Below, piece by piece: positions 27,923 to 36,478 of a stretch of DNA of 64,000 nucleotides; positions within the stretch are counted from its first letter, which is position 1, and each line of letters opens with the position of its first letter. The notes under the pieces were generated by a model that had not been told where the DNA came from, searched no databases, and saw nothing but the letters and a program-made list of their open reading frames with translations. Made by a program: the position numbers and the translations under genes. The stretch is from Alphaproteobacteria bacterium (lineage in GTDB: Bacteria > Pseudomonadota > Alphaproteobacteria > GCA-2731375), in the NCBI GenBank assembly GCA_965232515.1, contig CBDDPY010000002.1, positions 7,040,001 through 7,104,000 of the forward strand. Direction: 5' to 3'.

Positions 27923-29167
27923 TTAAGCGCCGCTCGTCTCGGCCTTTACGAGCGGCCGCAAAGTCCGGCGAATGGTCTCCTCGCTCAACGCTCTGACGTC
28001 ATCGTCTGCCGACGTCAGCAACACCTGATCTCGGACCCGATAGACCAGCTCTTTCATCGGGTTGGATCGGCTGATCTCCCTCCGCTCGAGGAGGGTATTG
28101 TAGGCAGCCACAATCTCTGGTTTCCGAGACGGTCGACCTGGCTTCCGGCTCTCAGTCTGGCGGAGGCCCTCGGAGCCATTTTCGATCGCTACCGAGTTGG
28201 CTTGTAAGGCGCCGCCCTTACTGCGTTCGCTATTGACGCTGACCCTTACGGGCAGCGGCGCGCTTCCCTGCAGCGCCACCGTCGACTCCTCGAAGTTGAA
28301 TTCCAAGAATTCAACCCGGTCTGCGGGGACCGGTTTGGGCTCTTCAAACGGATTAGTGAGGCCGCTCAGGATGACGTGGCCCGATTTTGCGAGCCGTACT
28401 AGCTCCGAACGGAGTCTTTCGTCGAGATCGATGAAATACCAATGGCGTTCGCTTCCTCGTTTCTCATCTGGATCTTCAGGGGCGCCCAAAATGAGGAGGC
28501 CGCCGCCGAAGTCGTACCGTGTTCCGTGCCTTGCCAGAAAAATGAACTCTCGATCTGCTGGATCTGCCAGCGCATCGACGGCGTCTAACAAGCTACTGTT
28601 CGGTCGGATTGCGTTTTCTGGTTGTGCAGCATTAACGACGATATCCGAGAATGTCTTGATCCATTCCCGCTCCCGGCCTCGTCGCTCTCGACGGTACAAA
28701 GAATTTTGTTGAAAGGATATGAAGCTGTCTGGCCGCGACCACCATTCGGCTGGTATTTCGGTCCTATCGAGCTCGTGGGTCGGTGGCTCTTTCGTGCCAC
28801 GTGCAATCCAGTTGCCGTTTCGTAGCTGCTCGATCAGATCGACGACGAGTTGTTGACCGCTTTCGTTGAGCGGATTGGCAATTTGCTCCGAGATAGTCCT
28901 GTACAGGCCCTTGGCCCGCGAATAGCTGATCGATTTGACGTTCCACAATATCCAGCGACGACCGCGAAAATTTCTTCCTTCAAATCGCACTGGAACCAAT
29001 TTAGGGAAACTTCTCCAAACTGGCGATAATCCGGATTCCTCAAGATCCTCCTTCGCGCGCTGCTTCTGGACAGCGATATCCGCATTCGCAAGGACGTGTT
29101 TTTCGTAGACGACATTCAGCGGACAGCCAAGGGTCAGACAACCTGTCCAATCTGGAATTTCGGTCAT
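27923..29167 (-). CDS. Hypothetical protein of the element, with an internal duplicated motif and a C-terminal basic/HTH-like segment
   Basis: 414-aa ORF between the integrase and the HTH gene; ends RKPGRPSRK...LSEETIRRTL. Confidence 0.75.
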   Translation of the reverse strand: MTEIPDWTGCLTLGCPLNVVYEKHVLANADIAVQKQRAKEDLEESGLSPVWRSFPKLVPVRFEGRNFRGRRWILWNVKSISYSRAKGLYRTISEQIANPLNESGQQLVVDLIEQLRNGNWIARGTKEPPTHELDRTEIPAEWWSRPDSFISFQQNSLYRRERRGREREWIKTFSDIVVNAAQPENAIRPNSSLLDAVDALADPADREFIFLARHGTRYDFGGGLLILGAPEDPDEKRGSERHWYFIDLDERLRSELVRLAKSGHVILSGLTNPFEEPKPVPADRVEFLEFNFEESTVALQGSAPLPVRVSVNSERSKGGALQANSVAIENGSEGLRQTESRKPGRPSRKPEIVAAYNTLLERREISRSNPMKELVYRVRDQVLLTSADDDVRALSEETIRRTLRPLVKAETSGA

Positions 29168-29267
29168 TCGAACAGACTCTGAACTACCGTCGGTTACACC
29201 TCTGTTGCCGGCGGTCCAAGATTGCTCATTGCAGAATCACCTAATGGTAGCATCCGAGAGCGAGCGC

Positions 29268-29294
29268 AAAAAAATGGGCCGCATCGCGGCCCAT
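29268..29294 (-). terminator. Intrinsic terminator after the integrase
   Basis: Minus strand ATGGGCCGC-GAT-GCGGCCCAT followed by a T-run, 24 nt after the stop codon. Confidence 0.8.
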
Positions 29295-29317
29295 GCGGCG
29301 GGTTGGTTCGCAAGCGG

Positions 29318-30499
29318 CTAGCAGCCGCCTCTCGGCGAGGCGGGAGATCCATTGCCGAACTTGCTGACGACCGATCCGACGCGATCGGTTGCTTCCCGCA
29401 GCGGATCGTCGAATAGGTGCGAGTAACGCGCCGTGGTGTTCGGCTGGGTGTGGCCGAGGAGTGCGCCGATGACGGGCAACGAGAGCCCTTCGCTCGCCAG
29501 AATGCTGGCGTAGGTATGTCGGAGGTCGTGGATACGGAAGTCGGCGAGATCGGCGTTTCGGCAGACGCTGGCCCAGAACTTCTTTATGTCTTGCAAAGGC
29601 TGGTCGGTAGTCTTGCCGGGAAAGACATACCGCGAATCGACGTTGTCTTTGCGGAGCCCCGTCAACAGCTCCAAGGCGGGGGCCGACAACGGTATGCGGT
29701 GTTCCTTCTTCTGTTTGGTGTGAGAGCTGGACTTGACCCAGATGCCCTTGGCCAGATCGAACTGATCCCACGTCGCAGTCAGAACTTCACCTCGACGTGC
29801 GCCGGTCAGCAGCAGCAGGCGGATCGCGTTGGCACTGGGCTGGTCAGCATATTCGTCAAGCACGGCTAACAGACGCTTCAGTTCCTCGGTCGACAGATAT
29901 CGTGTTCGTTTGGGTTCGGGATTGCGACGCAGGCCGTTGACCGGATTATCGGTCCGATAGTTCCAGCGGATCGCCAGGTTGAACATCTTCGACAGCAACT
30001 GGGCCAACCGGTTGGCGCGGATCGGCCGTGTCCGGCTCACCTGGGCGTGGATGCGGTCGATGTCGTCGTGCCGAACTTCGAAGACCTTCAGATTGCCGAT
30101 TTCGGGCAGCACCAGCTTTTCCAGCATGGCGCTGTCGTCCTGCCGGGCTCGTGCCACCTTGTGCACCGCGTGTTCGCGCAGATAGCGCTCAGCCAGATCC
30201 TTTACGGTCGGGGCTGCACGTTCGGCGTGGCGCACGCCCATCGGATCTTCTCCGCGATCGACACTCTGTTTCTGGCGCTTGGCCTCTTCGCGTGCCGCCG
30301 CAACGAACCAGTCGGGATAGGACCCGATCGTGATGCGGCGTTCCCTGCCGTTGACACGGTAGTTCAGGATGAAGGCCTTGGCGCCGGCGGCGGTCACGCG
30401 TGCGCCGAAACCTTTGATCTCGCTGTCATACGTGATCTTGTTCCCGCGCGCGGGGCTGGGAAGGGCGCGGACGACTTTGTTTGTAAGCTTGATAGCCAT
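29318..30499 (-). CDS. int: Tyrosine recombinase/integrase with an N-terminal arm-binding domain
   Basis: YDSEIKGFGARV...ITIGSYP arm-binding region; catalytic motifs LLTGARRGE, HDLRHTYAS and LLGHTQPNTTARY. Confidence 0.96.
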   Translation of the reverse strand: MAIKLTNKVVRALPSPARGNKITYDSEIKGFGARVTAAGAKAFILNYRVNGRERRITIGSYPDWFVAAAREEAKRQKQSVDRGEDPMGVRHAERAAPTVKDLAERYLREHAVHKVARARQDDSAMLEKLVLPEIGNLKVFEVRHDDIDRIHAQVSRTRPIRANRLAQLLSKMFNLAIRWNYRTDNPVNGLRRNPEPKRTRYLSTEELKRLLAVLDEYADQPSANAIRLLLLTGARRGEVLTATWDQFDLAKGIWVKSSSHTKQKKEHRIPLSAPALELLTGLRKDNVDSRYVFPGKTTDQPLQDIKKFWASVCRNADLADFRIHDLRHTYASILASEGLSLPVIGALLGHTQPNTTARYSHLFDDPLREATDRVGSVVSKFGNGSPASPRGGC

Positions 30500-30514
30500 G
30501 CGGCAAACCTATCA

Positions 30515-30571
30515 TGTCCGCATTGTGTCCGCATCAATTTTGCGCTCGAGTGTCGCACTTTGTCGCCGCAT
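30515..30571. repeat. Short direct repeats; candidate integrase arm-type binding sites
   Basis: TGTCCGCAT at 30515 and 30526, with related TGTCGCACT and TGTCGCCGCAT at 30551 and 30561, between the integrase start and the att core. Confidence 0.5.
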
Positions 30572-30675
30572 ATCCAGCTTTGTGCCTATGTAATACCTTG
30601 AAAATGTTGTAGAAATACGTCTTAAACGGTCGGCACCAATAACTTCAATGACTTGCAAGAAATATCAGAAACTGA

Positions 30676-30720
30676 CTCATAACCTGAAGGTCGCAGGTTC
30701 AAATTCTGCCCCCACAACCA
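30676..30720 (+). other. 3' half of an initiator tRNA-Met(CAT); att-site fragment, not a full tRNA
   Basis: CTCATAACCTGAAGGTCGCAGGTTCAAATTCTGCCCCCACAACCA has the anticodon loop, T-arm and CCA, but the 5' half is absent. It lies next to the integrase. Confidence 0.88.
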
Positions 30721-30724
30721 ATCG

Positions 30725-30755
30725 CAAGAAAGCCACCCAACGGGTGGCTTTCTTG
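30725..30755. terminator. Perfect hairpin immediately after the tRNA fragment
   Basis: CAAGAAAGCCACCC-AAC-GGGTGGCTTTCTTG, 14-bp stem. Confidence 0.8.
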
Positions 30756-30920
30756 TGGTTTGGCTTGCGCGGTCAGAGTCTGAACATGTGCCCATGAAGG
30801 TTATGGCCGCGACCAACGGGCGCGCGCATAACTTGAAGGCTGAGGGCGTGTAGAAAAAGCGCCAGTGGCGCTCTTTTAGCCCGAAGGTCGAGCACCGGCG
30901 AACAGCCGGCCCGCAAACAG

Positions 30921-30949
30921 CGCAGCTTCAAATTCTGACCCCGAAACCA
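30921..30949 (+). other. Degenerate second tRNA-Met 3' fragment
   Basis: CGCAGCTTCAAATTCTGACCCCGAAACCA aligns with CGCAGGTTCAAATCCTGCCCCCGCAACCA with 4 mismatches. Confidence 0.6.
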
Positions 30950-31167
30950 AACTTCCGACAAATTCAACACGCTGCACAACCGGTCCCACACAATATTAGT
31001 CCTGCGCATATCTGCATCCGCAGGGTGTCCGAAAATCCGCGAGACACCTGGGAGGCAGAAGCCGATCCAAGAGCGTCTGTACGCATCAACATTGAGACTG
31101 CCAATTCCACAATATGACTTCTTTCAAGATCTGCTGCTTACAGCACCTAAGACAGAATCATTCGTGA

Positions 31168-33378
31168 CTATTTGGTTGAAGCGACGAACACACCGTCCCA
31201 ATCGGGATCGGGCGGATTCTCGCGATAGTAATCGACCCGCACGTCGTAGAGATCATACAGCGGTTCCAGATCGTCGCCCCATTCACGACACTGCTTGATC
31301 AGTGCCGCCGCCCGATCCCAATCCTGTCGACGGAATGCCGCCAGCATCCGGGTATGTCTGTCGATTAGTTCGGCGAACCGGCCGTCGTTGCTGACACTTT
31401 CATCGCCAAGCAGAGCGAAGATTCGAACCGCCTCACGCTTGCCTTTCACGGCAATCAGATCGAGCTCGACGGTCGCGTAGCCTTTCGCCTCTCGTTGCGT
31501 TTCCTCGCCGATCACGATACCGACTCCGTAGTTCTTTGATTGACCTTCAAGACGCGCGGCCAGGTTCACCGCATCGCCCAGCACGGAATAATCGAATCGT
31601 TGCTGCGACCCCATGTTGCCAACGACGCATTCGCCCGAATTCAGGCCGATGCCGATGGCGAGCGGCAGGGGCTTCCTATCCTCGGCTGCCGCTTCGGTGA
31701 CAAGTTGTTCGTTCAGTTTGCGCAGCTCCTCGAACATGGCGAGCGCCGATTGGCAGGCATGCTCGGCGTGAAGGGGGTCGTCTAGCGGCGCATTCCAGAA
31801 CGCCATGATGCAGTCGCCCATGTATTTGTCGATGGTGCCGCCGCGGGCCAGGATGGCGTCCGTCATCGGCGTCAGGAAGCGATTGATCAGCGTCGTCAGG
31901 CCTTGCGGGTCGCCCTTGAAGCCCTCCGAGATCGAGGTGAAGCCGCGTACGTCGCAGAACAGGAAGGTCATTTGGCGCACTTCGCCGCCGAGCTTCAGCA
32001 AATCCGGCTCGTGCGCCAACTGCTCGACCAGCGCCGGCGACAGATACTGGCTGAAGGCGCCGCGCACCTGCTGCTTGCTGCGCTCTTCCTCGATATAGCC
32101 GGTATAGACCAGCATCGTATAGACGACGATCAGAGAACCGGCCGGATACGACCAGTCGATCAGCGTGCGTTCATCGAGGAACAGCCACCAGGATGTCGCG
32201 GCGACCAGGGCGCCTACGGCCAGGCCGAGGATGACCGTCCATTTGCCCCTCAGGAACGGGATGACAATGACCAGGATCAGACCCGTCACCAGAATCAGAC
32301 TTAGCTCGGCGCCCAGGGCGTACGGCGGGCGCTTCAGCCCGGTCTGCGTGAGAATGGTTTCCAGCATCTGGGCATGGATATCGACGCCGAACATGGCGAT
32401 GTTGAGCGGCGTCGCCTTGATATCCCCCAGTGCTGAGGCATAGGCCCCCAACAACACCAGCCGCCCGGTGAACACGGCGGGGTCGAAGCGCCCTTCGAAA
32501 ACATCCACGGCGGAGACCAGATCGCGGTTGTGCCGCGCCGCGAACCGGACCCAGATGCGGCCGTCCCGGTCGGTCGGCACCAAGACGTTGCCGACGACGA
32601 CGCCGGTCACGCCCGATTGATCGCTGCGCACGGCGATGGCCGAACTACCGGTGGCGACGCGCAGCATCTCGATGGTCAGCGACGGCAAGATCTTGTCGTT
32701 CAGTCCGACTACCGCCGGCAGCCGGCGGACGACGCCGTCGAGCTCCGGCACGACCGTGATCACGCCGCGGCCGGCGGCTGCGGCCGACAGCTCGTTGAGG
32801 TTGGCGATGATGTCGTCGAACTGCGGCAGATAGGGCAGCGGGCTGCCGCCGATTTCGGCGACCGGAGTCAGGTGTGCCAGGGTGTTCGCCGCGCCCATGC
32901 CGCTTGCCACGGCGCGGCCCAGTACGACGCGACTGGTTTTCAGGACCCCGGCCAGTATCTCGTCGTTTGATGGCAGCAATGCCAGTTGGCGTTTAAGATC
33001 GGCGGAGAAGGTCGGCAGGTGCTGGGCCAGCTTCGACGGCGACGTTCTGTCGGGTTCCGGGAAAACAATGTCGACGCCGATCGCCGCCGCGCCGCTGTCG
33101 CCGATACGACGAAAAATATCGGCCAGCACATTCCGCGGCCAGGGCCACTGCCCGAGACTGGCCAAGCTGGCCTCATCGATCGCGACCAGCGTGACCGGCG
33201 AGTTGAGCTCGTCGCCCGGCACGAGTTGCTGATACTGATCGAAGACCTTGAGGCGCAGGGCCTCGACCGGCCAGGGATCCCAGGCGCGTACGGCCAACAG
33301 CGCGACCAGCATCAGCAGCGCCAGCACGCGCCGACGCCCGAATTTGCCGATCTCCGAGCCGATGGCTTCTATTGCCAT
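31168..33378 (-). CDS. CHASE2-domain class III adenylate cyclase
   Basis: N-terminal TM; CHASE2 motifs VAIDEASL..LGQWPWPR, GVDIVFPEPD, DGVVRR, GVDIHAQ; three TMs; cyclase motifs FCDVRGFT, DKYMGD, DYSVLGDAVNLAARLEG (Lys/Asp pair indicates ATP specificity). Confidence 0.95.
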   Translation of the reverse strand: MAIEAIGSEIGKFGRRRVLALLMLVALLAVRAWDPWPVEALRLKVFDQYQQLVPGDELNSPVTLVAIDEASLASLGQWPWPRNVLADIFRRIGDSGAAAIGVDIVFPEPDRTSPSKLAQHLPTFSADLKRQLALLPSNDEILAGVLKTSRVVLGRAVASGMGAANTLAHLTPVAEIGGSPLPYLPQFDDIIANLNELSAAAAGRGVITVVPELDGVVRRLPAVVGLNDKILPSLTIEMLRVATGSSAIAVRSDQSGVTGVVVGNVLVPTDRDGRIWVRFAARHNRDLVSAVDVFEGRFDPAVFTGRLVLLGAYASALGDIKATPLNIAMFGVDIHAQMLETILTQTGLKRPPYALGAELSLILVTGLILVIVIPFLRGKWTVILGLAVGALVAATSWWLFLDERTLIDWSYPAGSLIVVYTMLVYTGYIEEERSKQQVRGAFSQYLSPALVEQLAHEPDLLKLGGEVRQMTFLFCDVRGFTSISEGFKGDPQGLTTLINRFLTPMTDAILARGGTIDKYMGDCIMAFWNAPLDDPLHAEHACQSALAMFEELRKLNEQLVTEAAAEDRKPLPLAIGIGLNSGECVVGNMGSQQRFDYSVLGDAVNLAARLEGQSKNYGVGIVIGEETQREAKGYATVELDLIAVKGKREAVRIFALLGDESVSNDGRFAELIDRHTRMLAAFRRQDWDRAAALIKQCREWGDDLEPLYDLYDVRVDYYRENPPDPDWDGVFVASTK

Positions 33379-33411
33379 GTTTTTTGCTCCGCCAGCTCCG
33401 TGATGCGGCGT

Positions 33412-34710
33412 CTAACGCTCGCGGAAGGCTTCCTGTCCGGCCTTGATGACCGGCTTCAGCAGGTACTGCATGACCGATTTAGTTCCCGTCTGAATGTCGA
33501 GCACGGCCGTCATGCCCGGCTTGATGACGAGCACGCCGGGCCGGTCGCCGAGATAGGTTTGCTCGGGCGCCATGACGACCTCGAAATACGATGTGCCGTC
33601 GGCGGCGATGGTCGAGTCGGCGCCGATATGGGTGATCCGGCCTTCGAGCGCGCCGTACCTGACGAAGTCGTAAGCCGAGATCTTTGCCCGCGCGCTTTGG
33701 CCGACCACGACGTAACCGCGATCCATCGGCCGCAGGCGTGCCTGTATGACCAGCCGTTCATGCGAGGGCACCAGCTCCAGGATTGGATCGCCCGGTCCGA
33801 CCACGCCGCCGATGGTGTGGAACCGGAGGTGCTTGACGATCCCGGCGATCGGGCTGCGTATCACCGTGCGGCGGGCCTGGCCGGTCGCTTCAGCTAGCTG
33901 CTGATCGGTGCGCACGATCTCGGCTTCGGTACGGCTTAACTGTTCGAGCAGTTCGCGTTCGAACCGCAATTGCTCCTCGCGCAGTCGTTCTTTGACCTCG
34001 CCGATGGCCGCCTGAGCCCGCGGGATCGCGGGTGTGAGCGTTTGCAGCTCGCCTTCCAGGCGCCGGACCTCGCGCTTGCGTTCGAGATGATCGATTTTCG
34101 ACGTCAGGCCGTCGCGCGCGAGGTCTTCCGATATCGCGAAGTTTTCCCGCGCCAGTCGCAGATCGGTCTGCAGGGCGGCGCGCGCGGCGGTCAGTTCCTT
34201 GACGGCGAGCTCGCGCTGACGGATCTGCTGACGCAGGGCCGCGAGCTTGGTCGTCAATTCCTCGCGGTGAGCGTCATAGGTTTGCCGCTGCGCCGTCGCA
34301 AGCTCAGGCCGGCGTGCCGCCACCACCGCCGGGAACGACAACGGCTCGCCGGCGATCTCCGCCGTGAGACGGGCGCGGGCCAGCACGAGGCCGTCCCGTC
34401 GCGCCTCGATCTCCTGGGCGTTCACGGCCGTCACCGGCAGGTCGATCTGGACCAGCTTGTCGCCGGCCTCGACCGATTGCCCGTCGCTGACGAAGATCTG
34501 CTCGATGATGCCGCCTTCCAGGTGCTGCACGATCTTGACCTTGTCCACCGGCACGACTTCGCCGTCGGCGACAGCGACCTCATCGAGCTCGGCAAGGTTG
34601 GCCCAAATGATGCCGGCGGTGATCAGCACGGCAATGGCCCAGGCGGCCCTGTGCCAACCTTCGTTGATCCTGAGATCGGGCTGATCGATCGGCTGCATCA
34701 TCGCCGTCAC
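33412..34710 (-). CDS. HlyD-family T1SS membrane fusion protein (locus 2)
   Basis: GEVVPVDKVKIVQHLEGGII, coiled coil, IRSPIAGIV, AYDFVRYG, IKPGMTAVLDIQTG. 4-nt overlap with the ABC gene. Confidence 0.95.
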   Translation of the reverse strand: MTAMMQPIDQPDLRINEGWHRAAWAIAVLITAGIIWANLAELDEVAVADGEVVPVDKVKIVQHLEGGIIEQIFVSDGQSVEAGDKLVQIDLPVTAVNAQEIEARRDGLVLARARLTAEIAGEPLSFPAVVAARRPELATAQRQTYDAHREELTTKLAALRQQIRQRELAVKELTAARAALQTDLRLARENFAISEDLARDGLTSKIDHLERKREVRRLEGELQTLTPAIPRAQAAIGEVKERLREEQLRFERELLEQLSRTEAEIVRTDQQLAEATGQARRTVIRSPIAGIVKHLRFHTIGGVVGPGDPILELVPSHERLVIQARLRPMDRGYVVVGQSARAKISAYDFVRYGALEGRITHIGADSTIAADGTSYFEVVMAPEQTYLGDRPGVLVIKPGMTAVLDIQTGTKSVMQYLLKPVIKAGQEAFRER

Positions 34711-36455
34711 TCCGCGACGCCGGTCTTTGCCGACGGCGGCACGCCGAACAGCTTCGGCAAAATCTCGCCCGACGCGCCGGCCATGGCGATACGCCCGCCC
34801 TGTAGCACCATCACGCTGTCGCAGGCTGACAGCAGGGTCGAGCTGTGCGTGACGACGACGATCGTGCGGTCCAGCGCCAGGTTTACCAGTTCGTCGCGCA
34901 GGGCCTGCTCTGCCTGTTTGTCAAGATTGCCGGTGGGTTCGTCGAGCAGCAGGATCGCCGGATCCTTGAGCAGCGCCCGGGCGACGGCGATGCGTTGGCG
35001 CTGCCCGCCGGACAGGCGCGATCCGGCCTCGCCGACATCGGTCGCAAACCCGTCCGGCAGATCGACGACGTAACGATAGACGCCGGCGGACTTGGCAGCG
35101 GCGAGAATTTCGGCATCGCCAGCCGACGGTTCGCCGACGGCGATATTGTCGCGAATGCTGCCGGCGAACAGGAAGCATTCCTGCGGCACATAGCCGATCC
35201 AGTTCGCGATCTGGCTGCGCGAAAACTGTCCGATATCGGCCAGGTCGATCAGGACGCGGCCCTGGCTGGGGGCGTAGAGGCCCTGCATCAGCTTCAGCAA
35301 GGTTGTCTTGCCGCTGCCATTGCGGCCGACGATACCGTGCATGCCGCACGGCCCGACACGCATGGTCAGGTCGCTCAACACGGGCGGCGTGTCGTCGGCA
35401 TAGCGGAAGCTAACGTCTTCCAGGAAGATCAGGCCGTTCGGCCGCGGCATGTCGATCGCCGTCTCGATGCGGTCCTCGGCGGCGTCGAACAGCGCCCCCA
35501 GCCGGTTGGCGGCGGTCTTGAAGCCGGCGAAATTGCGCCACGTGCCGACAAGCTGGACCAAAGGCGCAATGAACCGGCCGCCGAGGATGTTGGCCGCGAC
35601 CAGCGCGCCGATGGTCATCTGCTGGTCGAGAATGGCCAGCGCGCCGACGCCGGTGACGGCGACGGTGGTCATCATGCCCAGAACGGCGCCCAGGTTGGTA
35701 TAGCTGTCGCTGCGCTGACCGCGCGACAGAGCGGCGGCGATGGTCTGGTTGCGCCGCTGCTGCCAGGCCGGCCGCACGGCGCCGCCCAGGTCGAGCGCCT
35801 TGATCGTCAACCGGCCGGCCATCAGCTCGCCGATCAGGTTGTCGCGCTGCAGCGCCACCTGGCGCTCGGCCGCGGCCGCCCGCCCGACGGTAATCGAACT
35901 CAGGCCTGCCAACACCAGGAAGACGCCCAGCATGGCCAGCAGCACCCAGGCCACCGGCGCCGCGATGATCGCCACCAGGCCGAAGAACAGAACCATGAAC
36001 GGCAGGTCGGCCAGCAGCATGGCCGAGGCGCCGGAGAAGGTGTTGCGTACGGTCTCGACGTCGCGGAACAACGCCTGCCAGAATGGCGCCGGCCGGGATT
36101 CGAGCGTTCGCAGCGGCAGCGCGTTGAGCTTGTCATAGAGCTGCTCGCTGAGCTGCAGGTCGATCCTGAGCGCCGATTTCTGCAGGACCCGGCTGCGCGC
36201 CTGCCGCAGGACGAAGTCGAACCCGAGTGCGATCATCATGCCGACGGCGAGCGCCTGCAACGTGCTCAGGCCGCCGTGGAACACGACACGGTCGTAGACC
36301 TGCAGGACAAACAGCGGCACTGCCAGCGCCAGCAGGTTGACGAAGAACGACAGCGCCAGAACTTCGACAAGGATCACGCGCACGGGCCGCAGCACCGGCT
36401 GCAGCCAGGACCGTTTGCGTGCGGGCGGCTCGGGGCTGGTGTCGTTCGCGGTCAT
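34707..36455 (-). CDS. T1SS ABC transporter lacking a C39-like domain (locus 2)
   Basis: Starts almost directly with the TM domain (NLLALAVPLFVLQVYDRV); GRNGSGKTT, LSGGQRQR, LLLDEPT. Confidence 0.95.
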   Translation of the reverse strand: MTANDTSPEPPARKRSWLQPVLRPVRVILVEVLALSFFVNLLALAVPLFVLQVYDRVVFHGGLSTLQALAVGMMIALGFDFVLRQARSRVLQKSALRIDLQLSEQLYDKLNALPLRTLESRPAPFWQALFRDVETVRNTFSGASAMLLADLPFMVLFFGLVAIIAAPVAWVLLAMLGVFLVLAGLSSITVGRAAAAERQVALQRDNLIGELMAGRLTIKALDLGGAVRPAWQQRRNQTIAAALSRGQRSDSYTNLGAVLGMMTTVAVTGVGALAILDQQMTIGALVAANILGGRFIAPLVQLVGTWRNFAGFKTAANRLGALFDAAEDRIETAIDMPRPNGLIFLEDVSFRYADDTPPVLSDLTMRVGPCGMHGIVGRNGSGKTTLLKLMQGLYAPSQGRVLIDLADIGQFSRSQIANWIGYVPQECFLFAGSIRDNIAVGEPSAGDAEILAAAKSAGVYRYVVDLPDGFATDVGEAGSRLSGGQRQRIAVARALLKDPAILLLDEPTGNLDKQAEQALRDELVNLALDRTIVVVTHSSTLLSACDSVMVLQGGRIAMAGASGEILPKLFGVPPSAKTGVAE

Positions 36456-36478
36456 GTCAGCACCAGACGGCCCGTATC

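Larger units (their letters stand above)
24842..30720 (-). mobile_element. Minimal phage-satellite-like (PICI-like) integrative element; left boundary not visible
   Basis: Co-oriented integrase, hypothetical, AlpA/Xis-like HTH and primase-helicase beside a tRNA 3' fragment. GC is lower than the flanks and there are no structural genes. Confidence 0.8.

Noticed and set aside
30676-30720. Functional tRNA-Met gene (likewise 63812-63850)
   Set aside because: The acceptor-stem 5' strand and D-arm are absent, so these are att fragments.
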